Shown: piece by piece, positions 58,127 to 64,000 of the stretch
How positions within the stretch are numbered: position 1 is the first letter of the stretch
Layout of the letters: every line of letters begins with the position of its first letter
DNA from: Candidatus Cloacimonas sp.
GTDB lineage: Bacteria > Cloacimonadota > Cloacimonadia > Cloacimonadales > Cloacimonadaceae
DNA length: 64,000 bases
Reading direction: 5' to 3'
Assembly (NCBI GenBank): GCA_035403355.1
Contig: DAONFA010000001.1
Span: 30,133 to 94,132, forward strand
Notes under the pieces: generated by a model
Told to the model about the DNA's origin: nothing
Databases searched by the model: none
Seen by the model: only the letters and a program-made list of their open reading frames with translations
Translations under genes and position numbers: made by a program

Positions 58127-58498
58127 TTACTTTTCCGAGACCTCTTTTGCCTTGAAGAAAACGCTGGTTACCAGCTCAATAATGAAACCGTATAAAATTC
58201 CTAAAGCCCAGGTCAGGAAAAATATTCCCCATTTACCCATGCCTGCAATTGGTTGAGCCATAGCACTTAAAGAGAAAGGCAATCCTACAATCAGTCCCAT
58301 CAGTAAGCCGTGTAAAAGCCAATTAATTTTGCAGGCACTGATACCTATAACAAAACCAATCAACACGCGGCTCACGAAAATATTGGCAAGCACTTTCTTC
58401 GCTAAGGGCTCAGGGCTTACTGCTGATGCAATTAAACAGGCAATAATCCCTAAAATTATTCCCATTAAAACGGCGATGTAAAAACGCTTGGTAGTCAT
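58127..58498 (-). CDS. Small hypothetical membrane protein (about 4 TM segments)
   Basis: 123 aa, hydrophobic throughout. I recognise no motif. Confidence 0.55.
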   Translation of the reverse strand: MTTKRFYIAVLMGIILGIIACLIASAVSPEPLAKKVLANIFVSRVLIGFVIGISACKINWLLHGLLMGLIVGLPFSLSAMAQPIAGMGKWGIFFLTWALGILYGFIIELVTSVFFKAKEVSEK

Positions 58499-58646
58499 AT
58501 TAACCTCCCATTGTCGTGTTACTTATATTATAATGCAAAAGAAAGAATTAAGCAAATAATATTTTTTTCAGCAGGAATGTAATATCAGGGTAAGTTCTTT
58601 GCCTTTTTAATGGATATCTAAGTTACTTATATCTGGACTAAAACAA

Positions 58647-59966
58647 TCATTCCTCAGAAAAAGCAATTTCCAGGATGAGGTCTTCCTTGTCTTTTCGGGT
58701 ATCGGCTATTTGATAGGCATTCAAAATCAATTTCGCTGTTTCTTCTGCCTCGTTTTTATCTGCACAGTGAATTTCTCCTATTTTATCACCGCTTTTAATT
58801 TCATCTCCAATTTTGGGATAGAGCATAGCGCCGGCTCCATAATCCAGGGTATCAGTTACTTTTTTTCTGCCTGCTTTAATATGCACTAAGGCATAGCCAA
58901 TAGCCCTGCAGTCAATTTTATGCACCCAACCGCTTTGTTTAGCTATAATTGGATAAATTACCGGTGAGGAGGCAAAAAGGGAATAGTCCTCCAGCACTTT
59001 TGGTTCCCCACCTTGAGCAATAATTATTTCCTTTAGTTTTTCTAATGCCTTTCCGCTGGCAACGGCTTCATCAATCATCGTTTTTGCCTGTTCAAAATCC
59101 TTTGCCTTTCCAGCGCTGATGAGCATTTGAGCGGTTAAAACAGTAGTAAGTTCATAGGTATCGGGTAAATAGTTTCCTTTTAAGTATTCAATTGCCTCAA
59201 TCATTTCCAGAGCATTTCCAACCGCATGTCCCAAGGGAGCATTCATATTAGAGAAGACCACGGTCACTTTTTGACCGAAGCTTTTTCCGGTTGTCATCAA
59301 TAATTCAGCCAGTTCTTTAGCTTTTCTGACATTGGGCATAAAAGCACCGCTGCCTATTTTTAGGTCAATCACCAGGTGCTTTGTTCCTTCAGCGATTTTT
59401 TTGCTCATTATGCTGGCAGTTATTAATCCAGGACTTTCCACGGTAGCGGTTACATCTCTTAAGGCATATATTTTTTTATCGGCAGGAACAAGTTCTGAGG
59501 ATTGCCCTGCTAAAGCAAATCCGTGGTTTTCCACCAAGGCCTTGAATTCCTGCAGAGAAAAGGAAGTTCTAAACCCCGAAATGGATTCCAGTTTATCTAA
59601 AGTCCCTCCTGTATGTCCTAAGCCGCGTCCCGAAATCATTGGCACCAGCAAACCTAAAGAAGCAGCAATTGGAGCCAGCATCAAGCTGATTTTATCTCCC
59701 ACGCCTCCAGTGGAGTGTTTATCGGCAACCGGCAGACAATTATCAAAATTGATAGTACCTCCGGATTCAATATAGCACTGCGTTAAAGCGGATATTTCTT
59801 CAGGATTCAAGCCCTGCAAAAAGCAAGCCATCAAAAATGCGCTCATTTGGTAATCGGCAATTTCGTCCTTCAGATATCCTTGGACTAAATAGGCAATTTC
59901 CTCTGCAGCAAGAGCATAGCCATCGCGCTTTTTAATTAAAAGTTCCACGGGATTTTCTTCTTTCAT
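58647..59966 (-). CDS. deoA: Thymidine/pyrimidine-nucleoside phosphorylase
   Basis: 439 aa with DKHSTGGVGDK and SGRGLGHTGGTLDKLE. Confidence 0.92.
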   Translation of the reverse strand: MKEENPVELLIKKRDGYALAAEEIAYLVQGYLKDEIADYQMSAFLMACFLQGLNPEEISALTQCYIESGGTINFDNCLPVADKHSTGGVGDKISLMLAPIAASLGLLVPMISGRGLGHTGGTLDKLESISGFRTSFSLQEFKALVENHGFALAGQSSELVPADKKIYALRDVTATVESPGLITASIMSKKIAEGTKHLVIDLKIGSGAFMPNVRKAKELAELLMTTGKSFGQKVTVVFSNMNAPLGHAVGNALEMIEAIEYLKGNYLPDTYELTTVLTAQMLISAGKAKDFEQAKTMIDEAVASGKALEKLKEIIIAQGGEPKVLEDYSLFASSPVIYPIIAKQSGWVHKIDCRAIGYALVHIKAGRKKVTDTLDYGAGAMLYPKIGDEIKSGDKIGEIHCADKNEAEETAKLILNAYQIADTRKDKEDLILEIAFSEE

Positions 59967-59977
59967 AGTTTTAACCT

Positions 59978-60949
59978 CTAACTGGTAACGAGTTTAGAAC
60001 GAATGTAACCGCTGAAAATATCCATCGCCCAAACAATTAAAGCAATCAACCACATTATTAAACCTACATTTCTCCATGCAAGCATTTGCTGCTGTTGATA
60101 TAGTGCCAAACCAATTCCACCTCCGCCAACAAAACCTACCACCGTAGCCATTCGGATATTCATATCCCAGCGGTAAATGGTAAAAGCCAAATAGGGAGAT
60201 AAAATTTGGGGTGTAACTCCAAAACGCCATACCTGTAAAGTTGAAGCACCCGTTGCTTTGATAGCTTCAACAGGACCGGGGTCAATATTTTCAATCTGTT
60301 CGCTGTATAATTTTATCAGAGCGGCAATGGAATGTATCCATAAAGCGAGCATTCCGGCAAAAGGGCCGATGCCTACCCAAACGCAAAAGATTATAGCCCA
60401 AACAATTGCCTCAATACTTCTGAAAACTGTGGAAATAGTGCGGATAATAAAATAGATAATCTTGCCGATAACGGAATGGAACATTAAATTTTTGGCAGCA
60501 AAAAAGGAGAGCACAAATGCAAAAGGAATAGCAAAAACAGTAGCCAGTAAAGCCAAATAGATGGTTTCTACCAAAGCGCCCAGCATTGGGACAAGTTCTT
60601 TCAAATTCGGACTGAAAATGCCTTTAAGGATGGAACCGGTATTGGCTGCCTGGGTAAAAAAGGCAACCGGTTTTACATCCACAATCACCCAAGCCATAAT
60701 AAAGGTTATGCCGATTACTATTGCCAGCTCTACTTTCCAGAACCAACCGCTAACTTCAGGGATGGTTATTTTGGCTGCTATGTTATTCTTGCTTAGTGAA
60801 ATAAGAATAGCTATAAGCAAAGGAATAAGAAAGATAATATAGCTGCTTGCGGAAATACTGAATATCCGCAATAAAAACCAGCAGATACAGGCAAAAATAT
60901 ATAACCAGAGGGCATATTCAATACCCAAAATTTTCATCTTCTTTAACAT
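59978..60949 (-). CDS. ABC transporter permease, PhnE (phosphonate) family, with an extra N-terminal TM region
   Basis: The sequence EAIKATGASTLQVWRFGVTPQILSPYLAFTIYRWDMNIRMATVVGFVGGGGIGLAL is the PhnE-type EAA loop and GGGIG motif. No ATPase or binding-protein gene is adjacent. Confidence 0.8.
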   Translation of the reverse strand: MLKKMKILGIEYALWLYIFACICWFLLRIFSISASSYIIFLIPLLIAILISLSKNNIAAKITIPEVSGWFWKVELAIVIGITFIMAWVIVDVKPVAFFTQAANTGSILKGIFSPNLKELVPMLGALVETIYLALLATVFAIPFAFVLSFFAAKNLMFHSVIGKIIYFIIRTISTVFRSIEAIVWAIIFCVWVGIGPFAGMLALWIHSIAALIKLYSEQIENIDPGPVEAIKATGASTLQVWRFGVTPQILSPYLAFTIYRWDMNIRMATVVGFVGGGGIGLALYQQQQMLAWRNVGLIMWLIALIVWAMDIFSGYIRSKLVTS

Positions 60950-61069
60950 AGGACAATTTTTAGATACAGATTTATCCAGTCAAGGAAAAAAGCCGAAGAG
61001 TAGTGAGAGAACGGCAGCAACATTCATCTTTCGTCATCTTCTCTTTTATTGCTTGCTGGTTTTGTGTTT

Positions 61070-61142
61070 CTTTAACAATTCTTTAACGCTTCCTTAACGC
61101 CGTTAAGGCATTGTTAAAGAGTCGTTAAATCAGCATTAAAGG
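61070..61142. promoter_or_regulatory. Imperfect 30-bp-arm palindrome built from CTTTAAC/GTTAAAG boxes spaced 11 bp apart
   Basis: CTTTAAC-aatt-CTTTAAC-gctt-CCTTAAC-G|C-GTTAAGG-catt-GTTAAAG-agtc-GTTAAA. The arms match at 24 of 30 positions, and the central hairpin is CCTTAAC-gcc-GTTAAGG (61092-61108). Confidence 0.6.
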
Positions 61143-61305
61143 CACGGGTAAGGACGAGGTAGAAAAGATTCAGGGATGAACAGGTAGCTAAAGCTTTTAA
61201 ACTATCCTGTCTGTCAGCCATCGCAGGAGGAATAAGTTACTTTTCACCATAGCGGAAATGGCATCCTAACACTTGCGCACAAAACATAGCTACCGGTGAT
61301 AAAAG

Positions 61306-61333
61306 TTGACTTTTTGCCAAACTCGTTTATTTT
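61306..61333 (+). promoter_or_regulatory. Possible sigma-70-like promoter
   Basis: TTGACT, 16 nt, TATTTT. It lies 64 nt upstream of the ATG at 61397. Confidence 0.35.
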
Positions 61334-61396
61334 ATCTATTAAAAAGTAGTTGTGACCTTACAAAGAAAAAGGTTGACTAACCTGTTGGAGAAAAAA

Positions 61397-61963
61397 ATGT
61401 GTCGTCAAGTGGTTAATAAAATGCTTTCAGATATCCGTAAACAAAGAGAATCCGGTTTAGTAAGAAATCGGGCTGTGCTTATCATTTTCTTCCTTTATAT
61501 ATTTTCCTTTGCTTGTAGCGCTATCTTTGCCCAAGAGAAAAGTGAAGAATATTGGGAAGTTAAAAATTGGCAAGAACCCGGAGATGCCATTCCTTTTAAG
61601 GAACTGGTTTTAAAAGACGAGGTATATTTTTATAAGAACAAACCCTTCACCGGTATTGCGATAGAACGCTATGCCAATGGCGGTTTACAGCGAGCCGTAA
61701 CATTTGCCGATGGAAAACAAAACGGGCAAATGCTGATGTGGTATCCTGATGGCAACCCGCAAATGAGCGCCTATTATGTGAACGGTTATTTACAGGGTCG
61801 CTTTTTGGGTTGGTATGTTAACGGCAGTGTGATATATGATTTGATGATTAACAAAGGAGCTTACGCGGGTGATAATCTTCTGGATGAAGATGAAACCCGG
61901 GAAAGTTCAGAAGAGGAACAAGGAGAAGGAGAAAGTCCTGATAATGACCAAAGTAAAGAGTAA
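61397..61963 (+). CDS. MORN-variant/YwqK-like repeat protein with an N-terminal signal/TM segment and an acidic tail
   Basis: I place the start at the ATG at 61397 (GGAG upstream). The repeats read FYKNKPFTGIAIERYANGGLQRAVTFADGKQNGQMLMWYPDGNPQMSAYYVNGYLQGRFLGWYVNG. The C-terminus is rich in E, D and S. Confidence 0.65.
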   Translation: MCRQVVNKMLSDIRKQRESGLVRNRAVLIIFFLYIFSFACSAIFAQEKSEEYWEVKNWQEPGDAIPFKELVLKDEVYFYKNKPFTGIAIERYANGGLQRAVTFADGKQNGQMLMWYPDGNPQMSAYYVNGYLQGRFLGWYVNGSVIYDLMINKGAYAGDNLLDEDETRESSEEEQGEGESPDNDQSKE

Positions 61964-62768
61964 AAACAATTATCTGGCTAAGTTTCAGGAAATGAAACGG
62001 GAGGGAGAAAAGATCTGTATGCTTACCGCTTATGACTATGCGATGGCAAAATGCATTTCTGCCACTGCCATAGATCTCATTTTGGTAGGAGATTCTTTAG
62101 GGATGGTAGTTTTGGGCTATGCGGATACGCTGCAGGTTACTTTGGCAAATATGATTGAACACTGTTCAGCTGTCCGCCGGGGAGCTCCCGATGCTTTTAT
62201 TATAGTCGATATGCCCTATCTGACATATCATCTTTCGGAACAGCGAACCCGGCAAAATGCCGCTAAGCTAATCGTGCAGAGTAAAGCTGATGCCGTTAAA
62301 CTTGAAGGCGGTTCTTTATCCAGGGTGCAAGCCATCAAAGCGATTGTAGATATGGAAATTCCCGTTTGTGCGCACTTGGGTTTAACTCCTCAATCTATTC
62401 GTAAATTTGGTGGTTATCTTGTGCAGGGGAAAAAACCGGAAGAACAAGAGGAACTTATTAACCAGGCAAAAGAAGTGGAAAAGGCGGGTGCCTTTATGCT
62501 TGTTCTGGAAGGCATTCCGGAACTTTTAGGCAAAGAAATAACGAAAGCAGTGAGCATTCCTACTATTGGCATCGGAGCCGGAAGATATACTGATGGTCAG
62601 GTTCTGGTTTATCACGATTTACTTGGCTATTCGGATATGCAACCTAAATATGTTAAGCAATATGCAAATTTAAATAATGACATCACGGAAGCGATAGAAT
62701 TATATGTGCAAGAAGTGAAAGACAGGGCTTTTCCCGCTAAGGAAAACATCTATTTCCCCATTACATAG
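61944..62768 (+). CDS. panB: 3-methyl-2-oxobutanoate hydroxymethyltransferase
   Basis: The motifs MLTAYDY, LVGDSLGMV, VKLEGG and IGIGAG are present. I place the start at the ATG at 61944, overlapping the upstream gene by 20 nt. Confidence 0.92.
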   Translation: MTKVKSKNNYLAKFQEMKREGEKICMLTAYDYAMAKCISATAIDLILVGDSLGMVVLGYADTLQVTLANMIEHCSAVRRGAPDAFIIVDMPYLTYHLSEQRTRQNAAKLIVQSKADAVKLEGGSLSRVQAIKAIVDMEIPVCAHLGLTPQSIRKFGGYLVQGKKPEEQEELINQAKEVEKAGAFMLVLEGIPELLGKEITKAVSIPTIGIGAGRYTDGQVLVYHDLLGYSDMQPKYVKQYANLNNDITEAIELYVQEVKDRAFPAKENIYFPIT

Positions 62769-62889
62769 TTTTTTTATATTAAGATGAAGCTATTTAGTAA
62801 TTCTAAGGGAAATCCTGTTTACACTATAATGAAAAACGGGGTCTCATTCTATAAATGATATTACCGAACAATAAAGAAGGATAAGAAAA

Positions 62890-63510
62890 ATGCCGAAAAA
62901 AGTAAATGCTCCCGAAGCAATGAGTGCGGAAGAAAAATTGAATGCCTTAGCTAATTTGAAGGATCAGCTGGAAGAAAATTTTATCTCTCTCGGTCAGTTG
63001 CTCTCTGAAATCAGGCGTTCCAAATTATATCTCTATAAAGGGTATGAGAATTTCAAGGACTTTGTGGAAACGGAATATCAACTTTCCGGAACAATGGCAG
63101 GGAAACTGATGTCTATCTTTGATCTTTTCATTGAAGAGATGGATATAGATGAAGGCGAAGTGAAGGAAATCGGTTTTGATCGCCTGCAGGTTATTAAACC
63201 TTTTATGAAAAATGCGGACTGGAATGTGCGCGACGAATGGGTTCATAAAGCCGAAGAGATGCCCTATAAAGAGCTCCGCGACCATATAAAAGAAATGAAA
63301 CAAAAAGAAAAAGAAGCCAATGTGGATTTGAAAGAGGTCTATATTGAGCAATATTTGGAGAAAATGATTGGATGGTTTAATTGTTCCCGCAAAGAGCTTA
63401 ATTTCAAGCTTGCTCTCTATTTTCAAGATGCCGATCTGGATGAAATTAAAAAGATCGTCAAAGAGCGCCAACACCTCTTTGAACTTGAAACACAAACCAA
63501 AAAGGAGTAA
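62890..63510 (+). CDS. Hypothetical cytoplasmic protein, Lys/Glu-rich (possibly a helical DNA-binding-like N-terminus)
   Basis: 206 aa. The segment FISLGQLLSEIRRSKLYLYKGYENFKDFVETEYQLS resembles HTH-containing phage/plasmid proteins, but this is a weak impression only. Confidence 0.5.
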   Translation: MPKKVNAPEAMSAEEKLNALANLKDQLEENFISLGQLLSEIRRSKLYLYKGYENFKDFVETEYQLSGTMAGKLMSIFDLFIEEMDIDEGEVKEIGFDRLQVIKPFMKNADWNVRDEWVHKAEEMPYKELRDHIKEMKQKEKEANVDLKEVYIEQYLEKMIGWFNCSRKELNFKLALYFQDADLDEIKKIVKERQHLFELETQTKKE

Positions 63511-63516
63511 TATCCA

Positions 63517-64000
63517 ATGAAACAAATGCACATACTCTGGGTTGACGATGAAATAGACCTGCTTAAACCCTTTATCCTCTTCCTGGAAGAAAGAAACTAT
63601 CCCGTTGAGACCTGTAACAACGGAACCGACGCTATTGAAAAAGTAGTGGAAAATAAATATGACCTGGTAATTTTAGACGAAATGATGCCAGGTTTGGATG
63701 GTCTTTCCACTTTGCAGGAAATTAAACGCATCAATCCCGCTTTGCCAATTGTAATGGTTACTAAAAGCGAAGAAGAGGGCTTGATGGATAAGGCGATTGC
63801 TTCGCAGATTTCGGATTATTTAATTAAACCCATCAACCCTAATCAAATTATTATGGCAATTAAAAAGATCTTCCAGGCAGATGAAATTCGAGCCAATCAA
63901 ATTGGACAACAATATACCCGTTTTATTGCAGAATTGAATCAAAAGCTTTTTGCCACCCCCGATTGGAATGAATGGAGCGAAATTTATCGGGAACTTAGCT
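63517..64000 (+). CDS. Response regulator receiver domain, PorX-like (T9SS regulator family); 3' end beyond the window
   Basis: This ORF is absent from the track because it runs off the window. Translating from the ATG at 63517 gives MKQMHILWVDDEIDLLKPFILFLEERNYPV..LVILDEMMPGLDGL..IVMVTKSEEEGLMDKAIASQISDYLIKPINPNQI. That matches my recollection of REC-PglZ (PorX) regulators. Confidence 0.75.
   Translation, partial: MKQMHILWVDDEIDLLKPFILFLEERNYPVETCNNGTDAIEKVVENKYDLVILDEMMPGLDGLSTLQEIKRINPALPIVMVTKSEEEGLMDKAIASQISDYLIKPINPNQIIMAIKKIFQADEIRANQIGQQYTRFIAELNQKLFATPDWNEWSEIYRELS

Noticed and set aside
57544-58498. Integrated element at tRNA-Asn
   Set aside because: tRNA genes are common integration sites, but no integrase, tRNA-3'-end direct repeat or phage/plasmid gene is nearby. 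Only the hairpin array and a small membrane protein are present.

Overview
This is an AT-rich chromosomal window, judged by eye rather than computed, from a bacterium that uses a type IX secretion system. Three large secreted proteins carry T9SS C-terminal sorting domains, and a PorX-like response regulator starts at the 3' edge. That points to an FCB-group or Cloacimonadota-like organism, but the assignment is a guess I cannot verify. Most of the window is housekeeping: lysS, rpsA, ruvB, hemW, lepB, nnr, mazG, serS, tpiA, wrbA, ltaE, eno, groEL preceded by a CIRCE operator, ppnP, tRNA-Asn, deoA and panB. There are also envelope-polysaccharide genes and a three-gene NuoE/NuoF/NuoG-like flavin-iron-sulfur complex whose large subunit has a GltD-like module inserted. 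Three kinds of observation stand out. (1) An orphan, translationally coupled two-gene cassette at 29902-31220 has no assignable function. It lies in a repeat-bounded accessory gap next to a giant beta-propeller-repeat T9SS cargo gene, and it is my best candidate for an undescribed conflict or defence-type module. (2) A second small bicistronic pair at 46559-47093 sits in an AT-rich gap; one product is four 16-aa repeats plus a hydrophobic tail. (3) Intergenic repeats are unusually dense. They include mosaic arrays of two GC-rich hairpins (GGTTGACC-n4-GGTCAACC and GAACGAC-n4-GTCGTTC) and short tandem arrays of 7, 9 and 11 bp just upstream of promoters. Longer tandem units of 33, 74, 86, 121 and 162 bp also occur, and some of them supply the stop codon or C-terminus of adjacent genes. 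I found no CRISPR array, rRNA, transposase or prophage. All family names come from motif recognition by eye; no searches were run.
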